Source: an uncultured Spirochaetaceae bacterium (GTDB lineage Bacteria > Spirochaetota > Spirochaetia > DSM-27196 > PWMO01). From it: a DNA stretch of 33,774 nucleotides. The position numbers and the translations under genes were made by a program. Within the stretch, counting starts at the first letter, position 1. Every line of letters starts with the position of its first letter. The stretch lies in assembly GCA_964345195.1 (NCBI GenBank), contig CAYFQV010000005.1, positions 6,243 to 40,016 on the forward strand, in the 5' to 3' direction. The notes beneath the pieces are model-generated. The model made no database searches. It had not been told where the DNA came from and was given only the letters and a program-made list of their open reading frames with translations. This document shows positions 25,787 to 33,774 of this stretch, one piece after another.

Positions 25787-27355
25787 ATGGCGCTTCTGCA
25801 GATGGAGAACATTACCAAGACGTTTCCGGGCGTTGTTGCGAACGACAGCATATCCTTTGAGCTCGAAGCCGGGGAGATACACGCGCTCGTTGGTGAAAAC
25901 GGTGCCGGAAAGACAACCTTGATGAAGATTCTCTACGGCTTGTACAAGCCGGATGAGGGGCACATTCTGGTGCGAGACTCCGAGGTCTCCATTGACAATG
26001 CGAAGGATGCTATTCGTAAGGGTATCGGAATGGTACACCAGCACTTCATGCTGGTCCCGGTATTCGATGTACGCGATAACATCCTGCTCGGGGATGAGGT
26101 ACCCGAGAAAATCCCCGCGGAATCACAAACGGACCGGTCTTTCCTGCAGCGCATCAAGGATGTCTTCTACTTCGACCAGCACCGCCCAAACCGGCGCATT
26201 CGAAGCATTATGGAGGAGAGCAAGATATCCGTAGACGTGGATGCCGTCGTTGAGGAGCTCCCGGTCGGTATCCAGCAGCGCGTTGAGATCTTGAAGGTAC
26301 TCTACCGCGGCGCGGAAATCTTGATCTTCGACGAGCCCACGGCGGTATTGACGCCGCAGGAGATTCAAGAGCTCTTCCAGACTTTCCGCAGTTTGGCGTC
26401 TCAAGGGCGCGGCATTGTATTCATTACGCACAAGCTCGACGAGGTTCTCGACGTTGCCGACCGGATAACGGTTATTCGCCGCGGCAAGATCATCGAGACC
26501 ATGCCGCGGGAAGGCGCCACGAAAGCCAAAATCGCTGAGCTTATGGTCGGCAAACCGGTGCTCATGAACGTGGAGAATCCGCCCGCGGAGCCGGGTGAGA
26601 CAGTCCTCGAGGTCAAGAATCTGACATATACGCGGGATTCCGGCACAAAGGCGCTCGACGGGATCAACTTCGAGCTTCGACGTGGAGAGATCCTCGGTAT
26701 TGCAGGTGTCGAGGGCAATGGACAGTCGGAATTGGTATGGACGCTGGCGGATCGCAGCAAGAATGCCCATGGTGAGATCTATTTCCTGGGCAGAGAGATA
26801 TCCAACCTCGACGTTCGGCAACGCCGGGATGCCGGTATCTCCCACATCCCGGAGGATCGTCACCGCTACGGACTCCTATTGCCCTTCACACTCGCTGAGA
26901 ATATGGTGCTCGGGCGTCATCACCGCCCGCCGTTCGTCAACAAGGCGCAAGTCATGCAGCGTCGAAATATGCGCGAATTTGCGGCGAACGCAATCCGAGA
27001 ATACGATATCCGTACCCCGCATGAGCGGGTGCCGGCTCACGCCCTTTCCGGGGGTAATCAGCAAAAGGTTATCATTGCCCGAGAGCTGAGCGCGGAACCG
27101 GCGTTGCTTCTGGCTACCCAGCCGACCCGTGGTGTGGATATCGGTGCGCAAGAGTTCATTTACCGGCAACTCATTGCCGCAAAGAAGGAAGGACGGGCGG
27201 TCCTGCTCGTATCGGCGGACCTGGATGAGGTGCTCTCACTCTCCGACCGCATTGCGGTTATCTATGAGGGACGCTTGATTAAGCACTTCAGCCGTGAAGA
27301 AGCATCACGAGAACAAGTCGGCTACTACATGACCGGCGAGCAGCCAGGAGAGTGA
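25787..27355 (+). CDS. ABC transporter ATP-binding protein with two fused NBDs (RnsB/NupA-like sugar/nucleoside type)
   Basis: NBD1 has GENGAGKTT, LPVGIQQRVEILK and ILIFDEPT. NBD2 has GVEGNGQSE, LSGGNQQKVIIAR and LLLATQPTRGVD. Confidence 0.9.
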   Translation: MALLQMENITKTFPGVVANDSISFELEAGEIHALVGENGAGKTTLMKILYGLYKPDEGHILVRDSEVSIDNAKDAIRKGIGMVHQHFMLVPVFDVRDNILLGDEVPEKIPAESQTDRSFLQRIKDVFYFDQHRPNRRIRSIMEESKISVDVDAVVEELPVGIQQRVEILKVLYRGAEILIFDEPTAVLTPQEIQELFQTFRSLASQGRGIVFITHKLDEVLDVADRITVIRRGKIIETMPREGATKAKIAELMVGKPVLMNVENPPAEPGETVLEVKNLTYTRDSGTKALDGINFELRRGEILGIAGVEGNGQSELVWTLADRSKNAHGEIYFLGREISNLDVRQRRDAGISHIPEDRHRYGLLLPFTLAENMVLGRHHRPPFVNKAQVMQRRNMREFAANAIREYDIRTPHERVPAHALSGGNQQKVIIARELSAEPALLLATQPTRGVDIGAQEFIYRQLIAAKKEGRAVLLVSADLDEVLSLSDRIAVIYEGRLIKHFSREEASREQVGYYMTGEQPGE

Positions 27356-27361
27356 TCTGCA

Positions 27362-28462
27362 ATGAAGAAATTCCGGATTAGTGCTCTCGATCTGTTCTCA
27401 GCAGCGGCACCCATTATCGGCTTCGTTGCCGCTATTATCATATTGTTGCTTGTCATTCTCGCAGTGGGTCAGAGTCCTTCCGACGCGGTCGAGGCCATTC
27501 TCAAGATCACCACCGGCAACCCATCCCGCTTGGCCACGGTTCTTTCACAAGCCATTCCGTTGTTCATATCCGGTATTGCCGTTGCAGTTGCGTTTCGCGC
27601 GGGGGTGTTCAACATCGGCGCCGAGGGGCAGTACTTCATCGGCGGGCTCGTCGGCGCCGTGGCCGGTATCTACTTCAACTTGCCGGCCTTTCTACACATT
27701 CCCGTCGTGGTACTCTTCAGTATGATCGGGGGTGCCATGTGGGCTGCTATCCCCGCATTGCTGAAGACGAGTCGCGGGGTGCATGAAGTTATCACGACCA
27801 TCATGCTGAACAACATCGCCATATTCCTGGTGAACTACCTCGTCAACAATCCGCTTTCGGGTATTGGGGGGGGCGAGAGCCTGGAGCCGCAGACGAAAGA
27901 GATCGCCGATACCGCTGTCTTCGGCACCTTGAATCACTGGTTCCGCGCACTCGGATGGGATATCGGAGACCACGTCTACCTGGACTACAGCCTTATTGTA
28001 GCCATTGTTATGGGGATAGTAGTCTGGTTCGTCCTGTTCAAGACTCGGTACGGATTCGAAATCAGGGCAATCGGCACGGCTCAAGACGCCTCCAAATACG
28101 CCGGCATCCGCGTTCCACGGGTACAAGTCGGAGCCTTCTTGGCAAGCGGGGCATTGGCCGGCCTCATCGGCCTCCAAGAAATCTTTGCAATTCGGCAGTT
28201 CTACACCTTCCAGATTGCACGTAACCTCGGCTTCGACGGAATAGCGATCGCACTGATAGGGCGCAATAACCCGGTCGGCGTTATCTTCGCGGCACTCTTG
28301 TTCAGCTTTCTACGCCAGGCGGGCTACGGTTTGCAACTCTACATTGGGGTACCGAACGCCGTGATCCGGGTCATTACGGGCTTGATGATCATTATCATCG
28401 TCGTGAGTAACGAATTGCTCGCGCGCTACGTGCGCCGCCTGCGCCAACAGGAGGTCGGCTAA
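27362..28462 (+). CDS. ABC importer permease (RnsC/NupB-like)
   Basis: It is polytopic and hydrophobic throughout. It starts 6 nt after the ATPase stop and ends in a TAATG overlap with the next permease gene. Confidence 0.85.
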   Translation: MKKFRISALDLFSAAAPIIGFVAAIIILLLVILAVGQSPSDAVEAILKITTGNPSRLATVLSQAIPLFISGIAVAVAFRAGVFNIGAEGQYFIGGLVGAVAGIYFNLPAFLHIPVVVLFSMIGGAMWAAIPALLKTSRGVHEVITTIMLNNIAIFLVNYLVNNPLSGIGGGESLEPQTKEIADTAVFGTLNHWFRALGWDIGDHVYLDYSLIVAIVMGIVVWFVLFKTRYGFEIRAIGTAQDASKYAGIRVPRVQVGAFLASGALAGLIGLQEIFAIRQFYTFQIARNLGFDGIAIALIGRNNPVGVIFAALLFSFLRQAGYGLQLYIGVPNAVIRVITGLMIIIIVVSNELLARYVRRLRQQEVG

Positions 28463-29331
28463 TGCAAACGCTGCTTGAGTTCCTCGTACTGGGGATACAT
28501 GTATCCGCGCCGATCGCCTTCGCCTCTTTAGGCGGGATTTTCTCCGAGCGGTCAGGAGTCGTCAACATTGGGCTCGAAGGAATCATGATCGTTTCCACCT
28601 TCTTCATGGCCTGGGGTGGTATCACCTTCGGCACGCCGATCGCCGGACTCATCGCCGCGCTCGTTTCGGGCGCTCTTATGGCCGGCATACACGCCCTGAA
28701 CACGGTTACTTTTCGGGTTGACCAAATCGTCTCCGGCGTTGCCATAAATATCTTGGCACTCGGCATCTCCCGATTCCTGTCTCAGCAAATCTACGGGCAG
28801 GAGACGCAAACGCCGGTCAACTCGGCGGAATTCCCCAGCGTCCTGGGCGCGAATCTGATATCTTTTCTGTTGATACCCATTGCGATCATCGTGTGGTACG
28901 TACTGTTCCGCACCAGCTTCGGACTACGCCTCCGATCGGTGGGGGAAAACCCCGAAGCAGCGGATACGCTCGGCATCAACGTCTATTTCATGCGTTACGC
29001 CGGAGTCATCCTATCCGGGGTGATGGTGGGCTTCTCCGCGGCAACGCTCTATCCGGCACAGTGGTTTAGCGGCATGACCGGCGGGCGGGGCTACATCGCC
29101 TTGGCCGCCATGATCTTCGGCCGATGGCATCCCGTTGGAGCGGTAGCTGCGGCGCTGCTATTCGGTTACGCCCAAACCTTTCGGATCATGTTTGAGACTC
29201 AGATTCCGATTCCCGGGCAGTTCGTCCAAATGTTTCCCTACGTGCTGGCCATTGTCGTTCTCGCGGGTGTCGTTGGAAAGGCCCGAGGTCCCGCGGCGAC
29301 CGGTAAAGCCTATGTAAAAGGGGGTGAGTAA
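28462..29331 (+). CDS. ABC importer permease (RnsD/NupC-like)
   Basis: It is polytopic. Its 1-nt start/stop overlap (TAATG) with the upstream permease is the usual second-permease position in BMP-type operons. Confidence 0.85.
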   Translation: MQTLLEFLVLGIHVSAPIAFASLGGIFSERSGVVNIGLEGIMIVSTFFMAWGGITFGTPIAGLIAALVSGALMAGIHALNTVTFRVDQIVSGVAINILALGISRFLSQQIYGQETQTPVNSAEFPSVLGANLISFLLIPIAIIVWYVLFRTSFGLRLRSVGENPEAADTLGINVYFMRYAGVILSGVMVGFSAATLYPAQWFSGMTGGRGYIALAAMIFGRWHPVGAVAAALLFGYAQTFRIMFETQIPIPGQFVQMFPYVLAIVVLAGVVGKARGPAATGKAYVKGGE

Positions 29332-29334
29332 GCC

Positions 29335-30072
29335 GTGAGTAACGAGTTACTCTGGGTCGTTCTTCTTGTTGCAAACTTCGCCGGCATACTTGTTGCGTTT
29401 CGCCTATTCGGGCGGACCGGGCTCCTTGCGTGGATGGTGTTATCCATCATTGCGGCGAATATCCAGGTCGCTAAGACCATTGAGCTCTTCGGCATCACCG
29501 CAACTCTCGGCAATATCGTATACGCCAGCTCATTTCTTGTTACGGACATCTTCTCGGAAAACTATGGAATCAAGGCGGCACGGCGATTGGTGGTCATTGG
29601 CTTCGTGGCGATTGTCGGTTTCACTGTTCTTATGAGTATCGCCCTCTTGTTTTCACCCGCTTCGAGTGACTTCGCCGATGAGAGTCTGCGGACCATATTC
29701 GGCATTCTCCCCCGCATTGCAGCGGCCAGTCTGGCGGCGTACCTCGCGTCTCAGTTGCACGATGTCTGGGCCTACGCCATGTGGAAGCGGCTGGTTCCCG
29801 GGGAACGGCGGATCTGGATCCGCAATAACGCCAGCACCTTGATAAGCCAGCTGATCGATAGCCTCATCTTCGTGGCCGTCGCCTTCATCGGGGTGTATCC
29901 CATCGGCGTCTTGCTGCAGATTCTTGTAACCACGTATCTTCTGAAAGTGATTGTTGCCGCAGCGGACACGCCGCTGGTGTATCTCGCCACGCACTGGGTA
30001 CGCCGGGGCGTTATCCCGGAAGAGCCTGAAACACTGCATGATGTCATCCACGGCAGACAACGAGAATCCTAA
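29335..30072 (+). CDS. yhhQ: YhhQ/VUT-family queuosine-precursor (preQ0/preQ1) transporter
   Basis: FLVTDIFSENYGIKAARRLVVIGF and RIAAASLAAYLASQLHDVWAYAMWKR...NNASTLISQLIDSLIFVAVAF align by eye with E. coli YhhQ (FLATDLTVRIFG...RIATASFMAYALGQILDVHVF...TASTLFGNVSDTLAFFFIAF). The GTG start is 3 nt after the permease stop. Confidence 0.8.
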   Translation: MSNELLWVVLLVANFAGILVAFRLFGRTGLLAWMVLSIIAANIQVAKTIELFGITATLGNIVYASSFLVTDIFSENYGIKAARRLVVIGFVAIVGFTVLMSIALLFSPASSDFADESLRTIFGILPRIAAASLAAYLASQLHDVWAYAMWKRLVPGERRIWIRNNASTLISQLIDSLIFVAVAFIGVYPIGVLLQILVTTYLLKVIVAAADTPLVYLATHWVRRGVIPEEPETLHDVIHGRQRES

Positions 30073-31057
30073 AAACGAGAATCCAAAAGAGGACAGTGAC
30101 GCGGCTCCGCAGCTGCGCGAGCCCGAAAGTGCCGCAATCGTATATCTCAACGGTGAGTACGTGCCTGCAGATGAGGCTCGCATCTCACCGCTTGATCGGG
30201 GATTCCTGTTCGCCGACGGCGTTTACGAGGTCCTGCGCTTCTACTCCGGAGCCCCGTTTCTTGTTGAAGACCACCTGGACCGGCTTGCCCACAGCATGGC
30301 GGCGGTCCGTTTACCCACCGTGGCTCCGGGATATGCGGCAGGTTCGAAGCCGGCCGACGGAGCATGGATGTTCGCGGCATGGGCGGAGCTCTTCGACGAG
30401 CTCATTCGACGAAACGGTCTTAACGAGACCGACGGCCTGATCTATCTCCAGGTCACCCGCGGCGCCGCGCCCCGGATGCACGCGTTTCCGGATCCGCCGG
30501 CGCCCCCGACGATCTACGCCTTCGCACAGGAGCGCTCACGGCCATCCCCGGCGGAGCGACGGACCGGCATTTCGGTCATTACCCATCCGGATCAACGCTG
30601 GGATCGTTGCGATATCAAGAGCGTGTCGCTCTTGCCGAACGTCCTCGCCGGTCAAGACGCCGCGGACGCCGGCGCCGTCGAGGCGATTCTCCACCGCAAC
30701 GGCCTTGTTACCGAGGGCAGCCACTCGAGCGTTTTCGCCGTACGCTCGGGCGTGGTGTACACCCACCCGTTGAGCCGGGCGATTCTCGCCGGCGTAACCC
30801 GGAAACTCGTGCTCAATCTGTGCACTGAACAGGGTATCCCCACGAGAGAGATCGCGGTGTCTACCAAGGAGCTTCACGACAGCGAGGAGCTGTTTCTCAC
30901 CGGCACGGGAAGTGAGATCGCCGCCGTCGGCCAGGTCGACGGTGTAGCGGTGAGTGCGGGTGGGGCGAGCGTGGCGGCTGGAGCGGGACCCATCACCTCC
31001 CGCTTGCAGGAAGCGTTCGACCGGACTATTGAGCGTGCTCGTCTTCGCGCCGAATAA
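30038..31057 (+). CDS. Class IV (fold type IV) PLP aminotransferase, D-amino-acid/branched-chain type
   Basis: IVYLNGEYVPADEARISPLDRGFLFADGVYEV is present, along with the PLP-lysine context CDIKSVSLLPNVLA and LVTEGSHSSVF. I prefer the ATG at 30038 (MMSSTADNENPKNENPKE...). The track start at 29951 lies deep inside yhhQ. Confidence 0.8.
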   Translation: MMSSTADNENPKNENPKEDSDAAPQLREPESAAIVYLNGEYVPADEARISPLDRGFLFADGVYEVLRFYSGAPFLVEDHLDRLAHSMAAVRLPTVAPGYAAGSKPADGAWMFAAWAELFDELIRRNGLNETDGLIYLQVTRGAAPRMHAFPDPPAPPTIYAFAQERSRPSPAERRTGISVITHPDQRWDRCDIKSVSLLPNVLAGQDAADAGAVEAILHRNGLVTEGSHSSVFAVRSGVVYTHPLSRAILAGVTRKLVLNLCTEQGIPTREIAVSTKELHDSEELFLTGTGSEIAAVGQVDGVAVSAGGASVAAGAGPITSRLQEAFDRTIERARLRAE

Positions 31058-31796
31058 ACCGGATTTTCTGAAAGACGCGCTGAACGTAGTCCGCTTCCGC
31101 GCTTCTCAGCCCGGCCCGGTGAAACAGATCCCGAAAGACCTGGCGTGTATAGTGCCCGTCGGTATTTTTGAAGAAGCCGAGTGCGTCTAGAGTCGACATT
31201 ACAACCTTCGTGAGCTCTTCGATCCTCTCACGCGGGACGGCGTGAGCGGAAGCGGGCGGCATGGCTCCCCCGGACGGTTCTTCAGTCGCTTCCGCGACCG
31301 TCGCAGCTCCGCGATACAGCTCATACGCGACGATCTGCACCGCTTGAGCAAGATTCAAGGACGGAAACTCCGGGGCCGTCGGTATTGACAGCTTTGCGGA
31401 ACACAACTCGACCTCATCATTGGACAAGCCGTGCTCTTCATTGCCGAAGACAAAGACAATATCCGGACCCGGCCGTTCATGCACGAGCCTGGCGATATCC
31501 CCAATTGGAACACTCTTCTTATTGCGTTTGGCGCCGTGCCGGCGCGTAACTGCAATTGCCAACTGGGTATCCGCCACAGCCTCTTCCAATCCGGAGGTGA
31601 ACTGAGCCGATTCGTAGACATCGAAAGCGTGGAGCGCCATTCTTCGCACCTCCGACAGCTCAATGCCGGCCGGATCTCGCACAATGGTGAGCCTCCCGAG
31701 CCCCATGTTCTTCATGGCACGACACACCGCGCCGATATTGGCGCTGCCCTCAGGGCGAGCGAGTATGAAGCGGATTCGGTCTGCATGTGTCTTCAT
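31026..31796 (-). CDS. trmJ: SpoU/TrmH-class RNA 2'-O-methyltransferase, TrmJ-like
   Basis: Motifs IRFILARPEGSANIGAVCRAMKNMG, FVFGNEEHGLS and IPTAPEFPSLNLAQAVQIVAYEL are present, with a C-terminal extension. I prefer the ATG at 31796 (MKTHADRIRF). Its 3' end overlaps the convergent aminotransferase gene by 32 nt. Confidence 0.75.
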   Translation of the reverse strand: MKTHADRIRFILARPEGSANIGAVCRAMKNMGLGRLTIVRDPAGIELSEVRRMALHAFDVYESAQFTSGLEEAVADTQLAIAVTRRHGAKRNKKSVPIGDIARLVHERPGPDIVFVFGNEEHGLSNDEVELCSAKLSIPTAPEFPSLNLAQAVQIVAYELYRGAATVAEATEEPSGGAMPPASAHAVPRERIEELTKVVMSTLDALGFFKNTDGHYTRQVFRDLFHRAGLRSAEADYVQRVFQKIRFIRREDEHAQ

Positions 31797-31804
31797 TGCC
31801 CTGT

Positions 31805-31833
31805 TTCCTCGAAGGCGGACGATAGCATATAAT
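31805..31833 (+). promoter_or_regulatory. Candidate promoter for the 88-aa ORF
   Basis: A perfect TATAAT lies at 31828-31833, 32 nt before the ATG at 31866. The -35 region is poor (TTCCTC/TTTCCT). AGGTAGGA lies before the ATG. Confidence 0.3.
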
Positions 31834-31865
31834 CTCAAAAGATAAGAAGGTATAGGTAGGAATGT

Positions 31866-32132
31866 ATGCAGACAGGAATATTCTACGTACAGCTAAAAGA
31901 TGATCTAAAGAAGGCATTTCGGGATTTCTTTCCCCACATGTCTTCGCATTACATCAATATGGGGAAGCTCTTCGACAAGACGAAGCGCTATCCGGTACTG
32001 GCGGTCGAAAAGGTGACCGTATTCACGAAAGATGGATCGGAGGCGGAATCCGCCCGCTTCCTCGTGCCCTCCGAAAACGGCAACTTCATATGGATCCAGT
32101 CGGAGCTGTTCAGCTTTGATGGCGTCGAATAG
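31866..32132 (+). CDS. Hypothetical 88-aa protein, no recognisable motif
   Basis: Track ORF. The composition is protein-like (MQTGIFYVQLKDDLKKAFRDFF...NGNFIWIQSELFSFDGVE). It has an ATG with a purine-rich RBS and lies in an otherwise unoccupied gap. Its 5' third is visibly AT-richer than its surroundings. Confidence 0.5.
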   Translation: MQTGIFYVQLKDDLKKAFRDFFPHMSSHYINMGKLFDKTKRYPVLAVEKVTVFTKDGSEAESARFLVPSENGNFIWIQSELFSFDGVE

Positions 32133-32152
32133 CTCCTGCCTAGAGTGTATCC

Positions 32153-33064
32153 GTGTTTGATGCCTCGATAAGTATGGGGCCGTTTGCGCTTCCAATACGC
32201 TATCTCGCAGCATTTGCAGCCGTGTTACTTGCGGGACTCGTGATATCGGTGATCCTGCGCCGCCGCCCGCTCATTCGGCGGCATGTCTTGGATGCTGCGA
32301 CGAACGCCGCCATTGCTTTTATTGTAGCCTGGAAACTTGCGCCGCTTGTTGTCGATCCCGCGGCGGTAATTCATAATCCGGTCACCTTACTCTACGTTCC
32401 CGGGGGGAGCGTCGGGGCCGTTTTCGGCTTTATCGTGGCAGCTGGCGTCGTGATCGTGTCGCTGCGCCGTCGGCACCGAAACATCTCGGTGATCGGCCTG
32501 CCGATTCTCGCGATCGCCGCTTTGTCGATCATCTTCTATGGTCTAACTGGAGCCGGCTTCTCGATCGCCTCGAACATCAACGGGGCCAACGTGGAGTTCC
32601 GGTATGACCGCAGTGTGCTCGAGACGACGGTACCCGTTCTGCCGCCGACACGGGGAGATACCAGCCGGACCAGTTTGCAAGCAACACTGGCGGAGGCCGA
32701 CGGTCGGCCGCTCGTACTCAACTTTTGGGCGACATGGTGCGGACCATGTAGGGCGGAAAACCCAATCAAAAAAGCGGCATATGAGAGGTGGAGCGGAGAC
32801 GCCCTGTTCATCGGCGTCAATCTGACGACATCCGAGGGCGGCCGCGGCGCCGTGACGGACTACATACGGGAGCACGAGCTACCGTATCCGGTCTACCTGG
32901 ACACGCAGGCTAGTCTGCAGTACGCCTTTGGGGTGCGAGGCACCCCCACAACCCTCGTCTTAGACGCAGAGGAGAAGCTCGTGGATAGACGCTACGGGCC
33001 CATGACGCGAGGCTGGATCGATCGTGCCCTTAGAAACGCGCTTGGAGGCGCGCTTCCCGAATAG
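32153..33064 (+). CDS. Membrane-anchored TlpA/ResA-like thiol:disulfide oxidoreductase
   Basis: About four N-terminal hydrophobic helices precede a thioredoxin fold with LVLNFWATWCGPCRAE and GVRGTPTTLVLD. The track start is a GTG at 32153, and the ATG at 32174 is an alternative. Confidence 0.8.
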   Translation: MFDASISMGPFALPIRYLAAFAAVLLAGLVISVILRRRPLIRRHVLDAATNAAIAFIVAWKLAPLVVDPAAVIHNPVTLLYVPGGSVGAVFGFIVAAGVVIVSLRRRHRNISVIGLPILAIAALSIIFYGLTGAGFSIASNINGANVEFRYDRSVLETTVPVLPPTRGDTSRTSLQATLAEADGRPLVLNFWATWCGPCRAENPIKKAAYERWSGDALFIGVNLTTSEGGRGAVTDYIREHELPYPVYLDTQASLQYAFGVRGTPTTLVLDAEEKLVDRRYGPMTRGWIDRALRNALGGALPE

Positions 33065-33071
33065 GTAGGCC

Positions 33072-33774
33072 ATGCCGGAAGACATCTTCGTGACCCATGC
33101 CGGGCCCATCATACGCTCTCGCTATGTACTGCTGAGCATGCTCGGCATGGCGCTTATCGCCGGCATGATCCACGACTACACAGCGCCCTTTGTTCTGTCG
33201 GTGCTTCTACCGATCAGCTACATCGGCCATTTTGCGGTGCTGTACGCGTATCAGATGCAACGGGAGATCGACTTCGACAAGCAGATTCATCTTCGAGAGC
33301 GCTATCTGAACAAGCTCTTCGACTTCATGTCCCAGACCAGAACGGCCATGGACGAGCACGCCCTCACTGAATCGGTACGTTCCTACGTCGTCTCTACAGT
33401 TGCCGGAGCCGTCGACGCCGAGGCGGGTGCTGTGCTTCTTGTTGGGACCGACGGGATGCTGCACGTTACGGCGACCTACGGATACTTTCCACCGCCGTAT
33501 GAGGTGCCCGAGAACACCAAGACGAAGATCGGCGCGGTTGATAAGTACTTTCGTGCCTGTGCGATACCCGTGGGCGAAACGATCCTCGGCGAGACCGTTC
33601 AACGGGGTCGAGTCATGTTCGTGCAACGCTGTGCAGCCGATACGACTACTTCGCCATGCGGAAATCCGGGAGAATTGCCTTATCCGTGTGCGATGTCTCC
33701 GGTAAGGGAGTGCCTGCCGGCCTGGTCATGGTGATGATTCGCACCATCATGCGGCTTCTGTCTTCCACCTCCAT
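33072..33774 (+). CDS. Membrane-anchored sensor PP2C/SpoIIE-family phosphatase with a reading-frame discontinuity near 33639-33643; 3' end beyond the window
   Basis: The track ORF 33072-33734 gives two TM helices and a GAF-like sensor stretch. It then degenerates (CAADTTTSPCGNPGELPYPCAMSPVRECLPAWSW*). The -1 frame, open from 33545 to the window end, reads ...YDYFAMRKSGRIALSVCDVSGKGVPAGLVMVMIRTIMRLLSSTS. This is the canonical SpoIIE core (GDYYD...DVSGKG.PAA). Confidence 0.55.

Noticed and set aside
1-33774. CRISPR arrays, IS elements, integrases, tRNA/rRNA genes and known defence-system components (nucleases, TIR, SIR2, reverse transcriptase, toxin-antitoxin pairs).
   Set aside because: I found no regularly spaced repeats, no transposase- or integrase-like ORFs, no cloverleaf-capable intergenic segments and no such protein motifs. 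Apart from 5330-5752 the intergenic gaps are short, mostly under 170 nt. This was a visual scan only, so tRNAscan/Infernal and a defence-HMM scan would be needed to be definitive.

Overview
GC-rich bacterial chromosomal segment (GC judged by eye, not computed). I call 27 protein-coding genes, two of them cut by the window edges, plus one frame-broken gene remnant. I recognised no rRNA, tRNA, CRISPR array, transposase or integrase. Left to right: (1) an SOS-type mutagenesis cassette imuA-imuB-dnaE2 on the minus strand. dnaE2 (1-3224) is missing from the ORF track because it runs off the left edge. A 20-bp palindrome sits inside the imuA promoter. (2) A type-II J-protein gene (CbpA-like). (3) A tightly coupled plus-strand trio: a ParA/MinD-type ATPase with a long unassigned C-terminal half, a PH-like/CbxX-SpoVK-type AAA+ ATPase, and a long-chain acyl-CoA ligase. 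(4) Housekeeping and stress genes: xdhC-like, cysS, hslO, htpX, a Gfo/Idh/MocA oxidoreductase, a secreted ankyrin protein, a DAGK-type lipid kinase, an FAH-family hydrolase and a fused trehalose-6-P synthase/phosphatase. (5) A nucleoside-salvage block: an elongated TK1-like kinase, a BMP/PnrA-type ABC importer (binding protein, double ATPase, two permeases) and a YhhQ-type preQ transporter. (6) A class IV aminotransferase, a SpoU/TrmJ-like methyltransferase, an 88-aa orphan, a membrane-anchored TlpA-like thioredoxin, and a sensor PP2C/SpoIIE phosphatase with a reading-frame break at the right edge. Most of the window looks like ordinary core genome, and I see no recognisable defence or mobile system. 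The best candidates for something undescribed are the two-ATPase plus acyl-CoA ligase unit (6957-12562), the atypical TK1-like kinase heading the salvage block (23259-24386), and the non-canonical candidate SOS operator at 5352-5371. All functional calls rest on motif recognition by eye, not on database searches.
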